A DNA stretch of 64,000 nt from Candidatus Cloacimonadales bacterium (lineage in GTDB: Bacteria; Cloacimonadota; Cloacimonadia; Cloacimonadales; JAIOQZ01): the NCBI GenBank assembly GCA_963662655.2, contig CAXXTU010000002.1, positions 416,001-480,000 of the forward strand, in the 5' to 3' direction. Under the pieces are notes generated by a model. That model worked only from the letters and a program-made list of their open reading frames with translations, was not told the DNA's origin and did not search any database. Positions 29,776 to 40,057 of this stretch are shown here, one piece after another. A program made the position numbers and the translations under genes. How positions within the stretch are numbered: position 1 is the first letter of the stretch; every line of letters starts with the position of its first letter.

Positions 29776-30918
29776 ATGATCTACCATTGTCCGGTTGACG
29801 GAACGCGACTTGAAGCGAAGATCATGCACGGAGGCGGGATACACACTTGCCCCACGTGCAGCGGGGAGATGATCAATTACGCAGTACTGAAAAACGATCC
29901 TGCGCTGAAGAAAAGCGCTCAAACATTGTGGCGACAGGCCAGAAGTTCTCTTAACAACGATGGGGTAGCCTGCCCGGAATGTGGCTCGAAAATGAGCCGG
30001 ATAACGTCTGATGAGTTGGGTTGCGAGATCGACTTGTGCCTTCGGTGCCAGCTTGTGTGGTTTGATAAGTCAGAGTACGACTCGTTGCCGCGAGAAGAAA
30101 TTAAGAAGAAACCGGAAGGGATTTACGACGGCCTGGATGAAAAGACGCGGGATGTGCTGCTGCAATTCGAGCTTGATACCGTAAAAAAGAGATACAAGGA
30201 TTTCAACGATCCTACTCCGACGGGATACAAATTCTGGCTTGCATTGTTCGGATTTCCCATTGAAGACGACGATATTGTGACGGACTCAATACCGTACTGG
30301 AATTTTGGGATTGTCGGATTGTGCGTTCTTGCCTTTGTTTTGTCTCTGACGGATCTTCGGCACGCGATCATGGCGTTCGGTTTTGTTCCCTCGATGGCAC
30401 TACGATACGCAGGCGGAACGATTCTGACATCATTCTTTATGCACGCCGGCTGGTGGCACCTGATATCGAATATGTACTACCTTGTCTTCTTCGGAGACAA
30501 TGTGCAAGAAGAGCTTGGCCCAACACGGTACATCATGCTCCTTTTCTTCGGACATTTCATCGGCACGCTCCTGTATATGATACTGAGCCCGGTCAAAGAT
30601 ATCCCGTCCGTTGGTGCTAGCGCCGGGATATCGGCTGTGCTCGTTTATTACATATTTCTATTCCCCAAGTCGAGCTTCCGCTATATGTTTTTCGTGTGGA
30701 GCTTGATACCCGTTCGCGGCCAGCATGGCAGAATGTTCTACACCATACGGATAAAGGCATTCTGGTTTCTCGTGATCTGGATTGGAATACAGTTGATTAA
30801 CTCGATCCACCAAGTAAACAGCGCCGAGGGAGGTGTCAACGCAATCGCTCATCTTGGCGGAGCACTTGTTGGGCTCGGCTGGGCTTATATTACCCGCGAT
30901 GCGAGGAAAATGCAATGA
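29776..30918 (+). CDS. Rhomboid intramembrane serine protease with N-terminal zinc-ribbon domains
   Basis: CPVD/CPTC and CPEC/CLRC motifs, HAGWWHLISN, catalytic GASA and AHLGG. RBS GGAGG. Confidence 0.9.
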   Translation: MIYHCPVDGTRLEAKIMHGGGIHTCPTCSGEMINYAVLKNDPALKKSAQTLWRQARSSLNNDGVACPECGSKMSRITSDELGCEIDLCLRCQLVWFDKSEYDSLPREEIKKKPEGIYDGLDEKTRDVLLQFELDTVKKRYKDFNDPTPTGYKFWLALFGFPIEDDDIVTDSIPYWNFGIVGLCVLAFVLSLTDLRHAIMAFGFVPSMALRYAGGTILTSFFMHAGWWHLISNMYYLVFFGDNVQEELGPTRYIMLLFFGHFIGTLLYMILSPVKDIPSVGASAGISAVLVYYIFLFPKSSFRYMFFVWSLIPVRGQHGRMFYTIRIKAFWFLVIWIGIQLINSIHQVNSAEGGVNAIAHLGGALVGLGWAYITRDARKMQ

Positions 30919-31004
30919 GTGGACGAGCATCGAGATAATTCCGTCTCTTTTTCATTGACAACATGGTTTGAGATTTGAATAGTTTCGCTTAAAGGAATGA
31001 TGAT

Positions 31005-31388
31005 ATGCGCAAAATTACATTGGTTCTCTTGATCACTATAATCGTAATTCTTACAGCTTGTAAGGAAAAACCCAGGAAAATTGATCCGGCAAAAAGGATT
31101 ACAGATCAACTTATAAGCTCATGGCAGGAAGTCGGCGGAATGGACACGATAATCAAGTTCTCGGATGACGGGAAAATCTTCACTGTCAGCGGAGAAGAGA
31201 CCGGTACTTGGTCCGTGGAAACGCCCAATGTTTTAGTACGGCAAACATGGGGTATCGCAACGCGCGACAAGGTTCATTTCACCAGTGTAAATGATCTCGA
31301 GCTCACAAGATTGGAGACCAAAGACAGCGAAGGCAACGTGATTGACGGAGACATGACAGTAACGAACTATCGAAGAATTACGGATTGA
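31005..31388 (+). CDS. Hypothetical lipoprotein (lipocalin-like beta protein)
   Basis: Lipobox LTA-C and a LISSW...GTW pattern. Confidence 0.7.
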   Translation: MRKITLVLLITIIVILTACKEKPRKIDPAKRITDQLISSWQEVGGMDTIIKFSDDGKIFTVSGEETGTWSVETPNVLVRQTWGIATRDKVHFTSVNDLELTRLETKDSEGNVIDGDMTVTNYRRITD

Positions 31389-31391
31389 ATA

Positions 31392-31772
31392 CTACCGCAA
31401 CCAGAAGCGGAACATGTAGAACGCTGCGCCTAGCAGAGAGACAACGCCAAGTAAAACCAGCGAAAGGCTGTACCGATCCCTTTTCCTGCGATGCCTTTTC
31501 GCGTTGATGAGAAGACCGATTACGCTCAGAATCACACCGAAAATCATGATGTAGAATATGTAAAGAGTCATCTGATAATCCCAAATCGAAACGCCGGAAA
31601 CATGGAAGAAGCGATCAAAGAAAGTGATCATGTGAGGCTTCGCCAGGTCGAACAAGACCAGCGATATTAACATCAGTACCCATCCAATAACGCTGAGCCA
31701 GGAGATCATTTTAAACCAGACATCCGGCCCGGAACGCCTTTCGCCTCTTTTATCGTAACTGTAATTCTTCAT
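31392..31772 (-). CDS. Hypothetical membrane protein (3 TM)
   Basis: RBS GGAGG precedes the ATG at 31772. ERRSGPD, AKP and RHRRKRD motifs separate three hydrophobic helices. Confidence 0.7.
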   Translation of the reverse strand: MKNYSYDKRGERRSGPDVWFKMISWLSVIGWVLMLISLVLFDLAKPHMITFFDRFFHVSGVSIWDYQMTLYIFYIMIFGVILSVIGLLINAKRHRRKRDRYSLSLVLLGVVSLLGAAFYMFRFWLR

Positions 31773-32094
31773 CTGCTCAACCTCCGTTATGCCAGAACGA
31801 ATAAAAGCGATATTCTTTTTCACCCGTCAAGCGTTTTCTGAAGGAATTGATAATCGGAGAGGTGGGACATGTTACCCGATGTCCGGCGTGGCATCTTCGT
31901 CCAATCGCGCCACTCCATCGTGGATATAGCACACCGTCGGGACTATCGAACGTAAGATTACGGAGTGCAACACCACGTCTGCGTGGCGGATTGAACGAAT
32001 CTGCTCACGCCTGCACGTGAGACTTTTTGCTGGTAGTATTCTTCCAGATATGATACCATTTCAGCTTTGACGATTCATGAATCAGAGAAATTGA

Positions 32095-32275
32095 GGCTCT
32101 GTTGCAAATCGAGTGGGTAAGCATCTATTGAAGGGTTTTATCCTGTGCTTCCTTTCTCTGTCATCCTGAGCGGAGTCGAAGGATGGGTTCAGCATTGAAT
32201 GATCCTTCGACTCCGCTCAGGATGACATTAAGGAAGGGCTGAGATACAATTACCCACCAGATTTGCAGCAGAGCC
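32095..32275. mobile_element. MITE (181 bp) with GGCTCTG termini and an 8-bp target-site duplication
   Basis: 26-bp imperfect TIRs: GGCTCTGTTGCAAATCGAGTGGGTAA versus reverse complement GGCTCTGCTGCAAATCTGGTGGGTAA. GAAATTGA directly flanks both sides (32087-32094 and 32276-32283). Confidence 0.85.
32159..32227. repeat. REP-like inverted repeat inside the MITE
   Basis: Perfect 26-bp arms TGTCATCCTGAGCGGAGTCGAAGGAT / ATCCTTCGACTCCGCTCAGGATGACA with a 17-nt spacer. Confidence 0.85.
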
Positions 32276-32333
32276 GAAATTGAGCATGCGGAAATGGCTC
32301 TCTGGGAACGATTTCCGTTTTGCCATGCTTCAT

Positions 32334-33731
32334 TTAGTGGCTCTTCAATCGTGAAATCGTATGATAGGCAGCGTAAATCACAATACCGAACACGAGTCCC
32401 GGGAAGAACGGTTCGATCCCCATCGGGTATTGCGCCCATCCATCAACCGCTTTGATCTGGCCTGTTGTAAACCACCCCGCCGATATGATGAAACTCAGGA
32501 TCATCACGGTTAGTGTAGCGAAATTGGGAATCCGGAGCCTCTTGAAGTAGGCTGACAGAAGCGCTGGCAGCATGGGTGGCAGTGTCAGCGTCCCGATATT
32601 GTACCATAGATCGATGATGGACGGGAACAGGTAGATGAGCAAGATGGAAACTCCCGCAGTAATCAGAAGACCGATTTTCACGTATCTGTTGATGGTTGCC
32701 TGGTCGTTGCCCGACTTGAATGCTCCGGCAATGTCGTTACCCAGCGTGATCGCGCTCAGGAACGTGAAGCTGTCGATGGTGGACATAACCGTTGCCAAGA
32801 GTCCGCAGAAGAATACACCCTTGACAAAGGGCGGAAGCAGATGCCCGGCGAGTGCTGGAAAAGCTGTCTGCGCATCGGTGAGACCAGGAAGCAGGACAAC
32901 GGCATAGAGACCGGAAGTCATGGTCAGCAAATCGAAGAAAAACCAGAATCCTACTGATGTGAGGATGGCTCTACGGGCCGTTTGCGTGTTCTTTGCGGCC
33001 ATGACGCGCTGATGAAATCCCGGATCGATGAATGTCCACGAGGCGATGAGGAACCATACGACGAGCTGTTGCCAGCTCATCCCGCCGGTAGGATTCTTGT
33101 GGCCTTCCGGAAGCGATTGCCATAGGTGAACAATGGAGAGCTCGCGCATCGCGTAGGCGATCAGGATCATGAATCCGGCGAACATGAAAATGAACTGGAG
33201 CTTATCCGTGCTTACAATCGAGCGGAAGCCGCCCTTCCATACGTATGCAATCGAAATCGCGAGACCGATGAGCATGCTGATCGAAAAGGGAATCTGGAAG
33301 AAGAACTGAAGCAGCAACGCTAGCATCAGGATGTATGGAGCGGGGGAGATGATGATGAAAACGAAGATCGACCCGATCACGCTTATTTTTCTGGAAAAGG
33401 TGTCGCGCAGCATTTCAGGTAAAGATAGCGCCTGGTGCTGCCGGATCTTCGGGACGATGAGCAGTGCATATACAATCGCGAAGAAATAGTACGGAAGCCC
33501 GAAGATAAACCAGTTTGATATCCCGTAAAGGTAGGTGAATTGCCCGACGCCGAGTATCCCGCCGTACCAGGTTGTCACGAGCGTTGCAACCAGCGCTGGC
33601 AGTGTCATCGCTCTGCCGCCGAGGAAATAGTCTTCTGTATCCGAAGCGTTGGATTTCTGCCTGAATCCGACATAAAGCAATGCTACGATGTAAAATATAA
33701 ACGGTAGAAAAAAGGATAACGATTCTTTCAT
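32334..33731 (-). CDS. Sodium:solute symporter (SSS family)
   Basis: DYFLGGR, GGFRSIVSTDKLQ, QRVMAAK and ATVMSTIDS motifs with about 13 TM helices. Confidence 0.92.
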   Translation of the reverse strand: MKESLSFFLPFIFYIVALLYVGFRQKSNASDTEDYFLGGRAMTLPALVATLVTTWYGGILGVGQFTYLYGISNWFIFGLPYYFFAIVYALLIVPKIRQHQALSLPEMLRDTFSRKISVIGSIFVFIIISPAPYILMLALLLQFFFQIPFSISMLIGLAISIAYVWKGGFRSIVSTDKLQFIFMFAGFMILIAYAMRELSIVHLWQSLPEGHKNPTGGMSWQQLVVWFLIASWTFIDPGFHQRVMAAKNTQTARRAILTSVGFWFFFDLLTMTSGLYAVVLLPGLTDAQTAFPALAGHLLPPFVKGVFFCGLLATVMSTIDSFTFLSAITLGNDIAGAFKSGNDQATINRYVKIGLLITAGVSILLIYLFPSIIDLWYNIGTLTLPPMLPALLSAYFKRLRIPNFATLTVMILSFIISAGWFTTGQIKAVDGWAQYPMGIEPFFPGLVFGIVIYAAYHTISRLKSH

Positions 33732-33754
33732 ATTGTAACCCGATTCGTTTCTTC

Positions 33755-36700
33755 TCAGACCTTACTCTGGTCGAGGATATCCCGGACGATGAACGCCATT
33801 TCTTTCATGATGAGGGGCTTCATGACGTATTCGCGGATGCCCATCTGCAACGCCCGTTCCCGGGAAATCGTTTCGCTGAATCCCGTGCATAAAACGATCG
33901 GCATGCCCGGTTTTTCATGCAGTATGGCTGTTGCGAGCTGTGCGCCTGTCATCTTGGGCATGGTCTGGTCGGTGATGACAAGATCGATTTTATCGATGTG
34001 CCTCTGATAGTATTGCAGAGCCTCTCGCGGGTCCTTGAAGGTAATGATGTTGTACCCCAAACGCGCGAAGGCCTGCTTGGCGAAGTTGATCAGCATATCT
34101 TCGTCGTCGATGAACAAGATGGTCTCGGTTCCTTTCGGCAGGGGCTCTGTCGAGGGCTCGACCACCGTCGATTTCTGCTCGATCATCGGAAGATAGACGA
34201 CGAATTCGGTACCCGCGCCTTCTTCGCTCGATACAACGATATCGCCTTCGAGGTTTCGAATGATTCCATGAACGATCGCGAGGCCAAGGCCTGTACCGCC
34301 CTGCTGTTTCTTCGTGGTGAAATACGGCTCGAAGATTCGTTCCATGATGTTGGGCGGGATACCTTTCCCGGTGTCCGCCACGGTGAGACAGACGTATTTC
34401 CCGGGTTTAAGCTCGTGCCGCGCGACAAACGGTTCCTTGAACTCGAGTTCTCTGACGCGAACATCCAGGATGCCGCCGTTCTCCTTCATGGCTTGAGAAG
34501 CGTTCGTGCAAAGGTTCATTACGATCTGGTGAATCTGCGTAGGATCCGCCATCACGATTGGGCTCTTCGATTCGAGGCTTCGTTTGATCTCGATCGTTGT
34601 CGGCGTTGACGAGCGGAGCAAGCGCAGCACTTCCTTCACGATGTGAAGAACGTTGACCGGCTTCTTCTCCTGCTCTTTCTGCCTGCTGAATGCAAGAATC
34701 TGCGCAACGAGTTCCTTCGCTCTCGATGCCGCCGCCATCACCTCGATCATGTTTTTATGGATTCGGGGATACTGCTCCGAGTCATCGACCACCAGCTCCG
34801 TGTATCCCAGGATCGCGCCCAGGATGTTGTTGAAGTCGTGAGCGATGCCACCCGCGAGCGTGCCGATTGCTTCCATCTTCTGCGACTGCCTGAGCTGTTT
34901 TTCGATGCGGACGCGGTCCGTAACATCCTTGAGTACGACGACAAACTGATTGATCATTCCCTGGTTATCGCGGATAGGGGAGAAGGTCGCCTCGGCGTTG
35001 TAGAGTGTACCATTCTTTCTGCGATTTGTCAGAATCCCGCTCCAGATGGTTCCGGTGCGTAGTTTGTCCCAGACCGTATCATAGAACGCCTGGTCTTCCT
35101 CTTCCTCAATGAGGATGCTGGCATTGCGCCCGATCACCTCGTATCGCATGTAGCCGTTGAGTTTCTCGAAGGCCGGATTGACGTACTGGATGATGCCGAA
35201 CGAGTCCGTAATGAAGATCGCCTCGGAAGTCTGATCGATGGCCTTCTCCAGGCGGATTCGTTCCTCTTCGGCGCGTTTCCGCTCGGTGATGTTGATCAGC
35301 GTGCCGAATGCAGCCATTTCACCGCGGTATGTGATGATCGAACCGAAAGTCTGTATGTGAATGATCTCGCCGCTTTTCTTCACACCGCGGAACTCGTAGA
35401 CAACCGTGTCGGATTCTCCGTGCATGCGCTTCAGAAGATTCTGCCGCACGATCTCCATGTCGTCCGGATAGATGATTTTATGGATCGGCATATCGAGCAT
35501 TTCTTCCTCGGTGTAACCGAACAACTCGGTCATGCGGGGATTGACGTACTTGAACACGCCGTTCTGGGATATATTGATACCTGCGATTGATTTCTCCGAG
35601 AGGATGCGAAACTTCTCTTCGCTCTGGACAAGCGCTTGCTCCGCGCGTCGCCAGTCGCTCATGTCCTCCGCGATCCCCAGGCCACCGATCTGCTCGCCGC
35701 TTGAATTGAATACGGGGCTGAAGAAAATCCTTACGGGGATACGATACCGGTTCAACAGGGTGGAGTAATCTCCCTCGTAGTAGCCGGCTTTTCCACTCAG
35801 CGAAGCCCTGATGATATCCTGTATCTTGCTATCCTGTGAGATGGAGAGCATGTTCTGGCCAATCAGTTTCTTCTTCTTGGTATCCAGAAGTTCGAGCATC
35901 TTCTCGTTGACTTCGAGGATGACGCCCTGGGAGTTATAATGGAATATCCCCAACGGGCTGTTGTCGAAGATCATCCGGTATCGCTCTTCGTTTTCGGCAA
36001 GTTTCTGCTGATACTTTCTGCTCTCGGTGATGTCGAGGAAGATCGCGATACCCGCCGTAACCTCTTCTTTGTTGTTGCGGATCGGCGTCGCGTTGACGAT
36101 AATCCAGTGGTCTTCGCCATTCACATCGCGCATGACCAGGATTTCATTGTGCGTTGTGACACCCTGCTGCACGGCCTTGCTCAGCGGGAGGTCTTCCGGC
36201 TTGTAGGGCGAGCCGTCGCCATGATACGTCTGCCACTTCATGAAGTGCTCTTCGACGGGTGAATTGATCAGATTTCTCCGCTCGACTCCGCGGATTTGCG
36301 CCGCAGCGCTGTTCACCATGTTAATCCTAACATCCGGGGCCTGGGCAATAAGGATACCTGCGGGAGACTGATCGATTGCCGCATGCATCAGGGCATGGGT
36401 TTGGAAGAGCTCCGCTTGGGATATTTTCTGAGAGTGTATGTTCAGAATCATCCCGTGAACTTCGAGTACCATCCCCTTGCGATCGCGATGGGTTACCTTG
36501 CCGACGATCCGGAACCATTGATACCCGCCGTCGAGCATGCGCAACAAGCATTCGTCGTCGAAGCCGTCGATCTCCCCATTGTCCATCCGCTGGTAGTATT
36601 CGTCGATCATGGCCAGGCTGTCGGGGTGCAAAATCTCATGCCAGCGATCTCTGGGTAGCTTGTTAACACCCTGATCGACAATTACGCGTTGAATCATGAC

Positions 36701-37915
36701 CTCATCGAAAACCAAAGCGTCAAGATCGCGTCTCCATTTCCAAAGACTGATTTGCGAGCTGTTGAGGATGATTTTTATCTGTTTTTCACGCTCCTTGAGG
36801 GCGCGCATGGTCCTTTTCAGATTCAGAAACAGGATGATCGTGAGTATCAAGGCGACAATGAGGATCGCGAAGAGGTAAATGGACGCTCCCGCATAGATTT
36901 CAATGAACTTCCGGATTGAACTCTTCTCTTTCTGTATGACGGCGTTGTCCGGAAGCAGGGCTATTGGAATATCGAATCGCTTGATCAGATTCGAATCGAA
37001 GACGATATCGATTTTGAAGGGGAGGGGATTCTCCATCTGTGTTCCACGAACGATCTCGATAGTCCTCTTCCCGATATAATCCCCCAATTTCGTCCCGTTC
37101 AAGAAAAATCCGCCGACGGCTAGCCTCGAAATCATATCGCGTTGATTCGTAATGATCGGGGTATCTGAGAGCGCTAGGATTTTATTTATATCCATCTGCG
37201 TGATGCGGTTATTGAAACGGTCAAAACAGTAGTTCAATACGACAGCAAAGGACTTCCCCTCCAGGGAAGCAAAACCTTCGACGATCTCCTCGGCGGTGAA
37301 TCCGCTGAACTCGTGATATTCATGTTCGTTCAGGAATACCGAAACCGATTTTCGCATGGATTCAAGCCCTGCCTGGTCTGAAACCGTTTGATCCGATATC
37401 GCGACAATGTTTTTTGCATCCGGGAAAGCTCCGACAGCCCATTCGATAGCCGATAAAGTAGTGTTCGGAACCGGAATGTAATGGAAATTATCAATTTCCT
37501 CGTCCCCGGGTGGCAGGTTGGAGGCCGGTCCGCAGAAAATAATCGGAATTCCAGGGAAAATTGTACTGCGGTACTCGAGAACGAAGTCTAACGAGATCGG
37601 ATCGTAAACGATAAGCGCGGTCAGATCGATATTATAGTATTTCGAGTGGATGAGACGCGCCTGGTTGGTGATGACATCCGGTTCGCAGAAATGAACTCGA
37701 TCAAGATACTCGATGTAAATCATTGTGTCAATGCTCTGGCCGAGGTAGCTTCTGATCCCCGAGTCCACCGCGCTGCTCCAGGAATCGCCGGTGCAATGGG
37801 CGTTGATGATCAGGAATTTGTCGGGTTTTATATCCATTGCGTGGAGAGCAAGGGTATGTACGGCGCAAAACAAGACGATGAAGAAAGCTACATTCGAGTT
37901 AATGATTCGTTTCAT
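33755..37915 (-). CDS. Hybrid sensor histidine kinase/response regulator (periplasmic ABC-binding-like domain, multiple PAS, HisKA, HATPase, REC)
   Basis: [23 protein letters not shown] and GTGLGL, then a receiver domain (IDDE, TDQTMP, KP). Confidence 0.94.
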   Translation of the reverse strand: MKRIINSNVAFFIVLFCAVHTLALHAMDIKPDKFLIINAHCTGDSWSSAVDSGIRSYLGQSIDTMIYIEYLDRVHFCEPDVITNQARLIHSKYYNIDLTALIVYDPISLDFVLEYRSTIFPGIPIIFCGPASNLPPGDEEIDNFHYIPVPNTTLSAIEWAVGAFPDAKNIVAISDQTVSDQAGLESMRKSVSVFLNEHEYHEFSGFTAEEIVEGFASLEGKSFAVVLNYCFDRFNNRITQMDINKILALSDTPIITNQRDMISRLAVGGFFLNGTKLGDYIGKRTIEIVRGTQMENPLPFKIDIVFDSNLIKRFDIPIALLPDNAVIQKEKSSIRKFIEIYAGASIYLFAILIVALILTIILFLNLKRTMRALKEREKQIKIILNSSQISLWKWRRDLDALVFDEVMIQRVIVDQGVNKLPRDRWHEILHPDSLAMIDEYYQRMDNGEIDGFDDECLLRMLDGGYQWFRIVGKVTHRDRKGMVLEVHGMILNIHSQKISQAELFQTHALMHAAIDQSPAGILIAQAPDVRINMVNSAAAQIRGVERRNLINSPVEEHFMKWQTYHGDGSPYKPEDLPLSKAVQQGVTTHNEILVMRDVNGEDHWIIVNATPIRNNKEEVTAGIAIFLDITESRKYQQKLAENEERYRMIFDNSPLGIFHYNSQGVILEVNEKMLELLDTKKKKLIGQNMLSISQDSKIQDIIRASLSGKAGYYEGDYSTLLNRYRIPVRIFFSPVFNSSGEQIGGLGIAEDMSDWRRAEQALVQSEEKFRILSEKSIAGINISQNGVFKYVNPRMTELFGYTEEEMLDMPIHKIIYPDDMEIVRQNLLKRMHGESDTVVYEFRGVKKSGEIIHIQTFGSIITYRGEMAAFGTLINITERKRAEEERIRLEKAIDQTSEAIFITDSFGIIQYVNPAFEKLNGYMRYEVIGRNASILIEEEEDQAFYDTVWDKLRTGTIWSGILTNRRKNGTLYNAEATFSPIRDNQGMINQFVVVLKDVTDRVRIEKQLRQSQKMEAIGTLAGGIAHDFNNILGAILGYTELVVDDSEQYPRIHKNMIEVMAAASRAKELVAQILAFSRQKEQEKKPVNVLHIVKEVLRLLRSSTPTTIEIKRSLESKSPIVMADPTQIHQIVMNLCTNASQAMKENGGILDVRVRELEFKEPFVARHELKPGKYVCLTVADTGKGIPPNIMERIFEPYFTTKKQQGGTGLGLAIVHGIIRNLEGDIVVSSEEGAGTEFVVYLPMIEQKSTVVEPSTEPLPKGTETILFIDDEDMLINFAKQAFARLGYNIITFKDPREALQYYQRHIDKIDLVITDQTMPKMTGAQLATAILHEKPGMPIVLCTGFSETISRERALQMGIREYVMKPLIMKEMAFIVRDILDQSKV

Positions 37916-38432
37916 ACGATTCCTGTTGACTGGAGTTCATTTGTGATTTCGACAATCTTTTCAGGGGATACATAATAAGAACCATCGCGATCGAGAGTCC
38001 GATAGAAATCCACCCAAAGTGAGTGAGCGAACAGGATAGGGAATTCATGCTTTTCCATATCCAAAGCAGAGATGGTACAAGAAGGATGTGCGTTGCCGAT
38101 AACGCTATGTACTCGGGAATGGATAGCCTGGATATAGGGGATTTCATCAGGGCGACCGTCCTGGAAATCAGCCAGATGCCATTCAGGGCAAGAAACAGGA
38201 TGCCTGTTGCCAGCGCGTGCGTCGAAGCGCTGTTCTGAGAACCAAGTGCGTTCCACGGGCTCTTCACGAATGACAGCAGAGGCACAATCGCGAATTCACC
38301 GGATGGATTCAGGAGCATCCAGTTGTTACGGATATACTCAGGCGGGGTTATCTTCAATACCGGCAGGATAAAAAGCACAAGCAGCCAGAATATTCCGCAA
38401 GCCAGCATGAAGAGCCTGATCAATGGTCTCAA
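37899..38432 (-). CDS. Hypothetical membrane protein
   Basis: About 4 TM helices. The probable TTG start lies just after the stop of the upstream lipoprotein, and the 3' end overlaps the kinase start. Confidence 0.55.
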   Translation of the reverse strand: MRPLIRLFMLACGIFWLLVLFILPVLKITPPEYIRNNWMLLNPSGEFAIVPLLSFVKSPWNALGSQNSASTHALATGILFLALNGIWLISRTVALMKSPISRLSIPEYIALSATHILLVPSLLWIWKSMNSLSCSLTHFGWISIGLSIAMVLIMYPLKRLSKSQMNSSQQESYETNH

Positions 38433-38433
38433 G

Positions 38434-38958
38434 CTAACCTTCCTTGTGCAGGAGATACAGATGGCTGGATATCTTCCATGTATCGTGAATCCTGACCGGA
38501 TCATAGAATCGAATCAGGTAAGCGCCTTTCCCGTCGGAGAAACGGATGCTCAAATCGTTGAGCATCTTGATAGCCGGCGGGATGTAATCTTCGATGACTT
38601 CATCGCCGGGGACCACGGAAAGCATTTCGATATGCGCCCAACGAACACCTTGCTGAACGCCTTCATCGATAATGCTGCGAAACATCTCCGTGACAAGCAA
38701 CTGGTATTCTTCCCACGATCGAACGAGGGCGTCTTCCGATGCGTTGTCGAGCCCGGGTACTTTGCGCATCTGAATCGTGATTTGCCGATAATCATCCTTT
38801 GACAGGCACAACTCGATAAAATCATCGAGCTCGGCATGCTGTAAAGACGCAAGGAGCTTTCCGGCAAGCTGTTCTTCGTCACTTGCAGGTTGAGCGCATC
38901 CCGCGAAAGCGACCGTGAAGATTATAAAAACAAGAAGCAAGGCGTTTGTTCGTTTCAT
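38434..38958 (-). CDS. Hypothetical lipoprotein
   Basis: Lipobox FAG-C; part of a co-directional gene run. Confidence 0.7.
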   Translation of the reverse strand: MKRTNALLLVFIIFTVAFAGCAQPASDEEQLAGKLLASLQHAELDDFIELCLSKDDYRQITIQMRKVPGLDNASEDALVRSWEEYQLLVTEMFRSIIDEGVQQGVRWAHIEMLSVVPGDEVIEDYIPPAIKMLNDLSIRFSDGKGAYLIRFYDPVRIHDTWKISSHLYLLHKEG

Positions 38959-38991
38959 GTCGGTAAATATCCACGTGAACTTCGTTCGTTG

Positions 38992-39909
38992 TCAAACCTT
39001 TTCATGTAATCTATTCTTAACATGCAGCGCGAGAGAAATCGATTCCGCTAACACGATGAATGGCAGAAAGATATAAATTGCCGTCTTCAGGAAGTTCCAA
39101 AGAACGGAAAAAAGCAGGAAGACTTTGCCATCGTTGATTTTATCCAGCGACGGCATCAAAGGAGCGTAGTTCGCGAAGAGCGCCAGCAGGAAAAACCAGC
39201 CCCAGACAGTCAGCATCGTGTGGCGTATTGAGCGGGGTTGCATCAGGTCCTTGCTCAGCAGATTCATACCGGAGATGACAGCCGTGAAGGCCCAACCGGC
39301 GATCACCAGAATCAGACCGTATCCGAGAATCACGGAATAGGGATTCTTGTCTGCGATAATCTGGTGAGGAACCCGGAAGATCGAGAGTCCGGGCTGGATC
39401 TGATTGAAGAATGGCAGGGTGGTGTATAAAACGAAGACAATCGCTCCGAGCAAGGTGATCCACTTCGCAAACTTTATCGTTTTTGCGTTCCGAAGGGGAG
39501 TGTTTCCTCCATAAACCAATGCAAGTCCAACAAAACCGAACCAAATTGTGAAGCGTTGCAGTATATCGATCTCCAGAACAGGATGATTCCCAATGATATA
39601 AGTCGTAGTGAAGATTGCTATCGCCGATAGAAGGATGAGGATCAATTGAAGGATGCCGTGCGTCAGCAGTCCCACCAGCACAAGCGTGATTCCCGCAACG
39701 AGGGGCATCAGGATTCGCGCCTTGTTCAGGGGGGAGGTGTCGTCGCTGTTGATGTCGTCGATTTCGGTAAAGCGCACTGTTGGGGACAGGCGAATCTCAT
39801 CCATCCTGTCGCCGGTGTCCAGATTGTCCGGAATCAATAACGGCATGAAGAAGCCGATCATCAAAATACTACCCAATAAAACAAATATGCTGGTTGTCTT
39901 GTTTCTCAT
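38992..39909 (-). CDS. Hypothetical polytopic membrane protein
   Basis: About 8 hydrophobic helices. RBS GAGG precedes the ATG at 39909. Confidence 0.7.
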   Translation of the reverse strand: MRNKTTSIFVLLGSILMIGFFMPLLIPDNLDTGDRMDEIRLSPTVRFTEIDDINSDDTSPLNKARILMPLVAGITLVLVGLLTHGILQLILILLSAIAIFTTTYIIGNHPVLEIDILQRFTIWFGFVGLALVYGGNTPLRNAKTIKFAKWITLLGAIVFVLYTTLPFFNQIQPGLSIFRVPHQIIADKNPYSVILGYGLILVIAGWAFTAVISGMNLLSKDLMQPRSIRHTMLTVWGWFFLLALFANYAPLMPSLDKINDGKVFLLFSVLWNFLKTAIYIFLPFIVLAESISLALHVKNRLHEKV

Positions 39910-39993
39910 GGAATACCTCTTCAATCGATTCAGTATTTCGCGGAAAATCCGTCAATGAAATGTTGCACGGCAGGAAATCTGTCACGAAAAGGT

Positions 39994-40028
39994 AAAAAAA
40001 AATCCGTGCATGAAATCATGCACGGATT
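39994..40028 (-). terminator. Rho-independent terminator after ileS
   Basis: Perfect stem AATCCGTGCATGA/TCATGCACGGATT with an A run on the + strand (U tract on the - strand). Confidence 0.85.
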
Positions 40029-40057
40029 GGTTTACTTTATCGTTGTAAGATATTATT

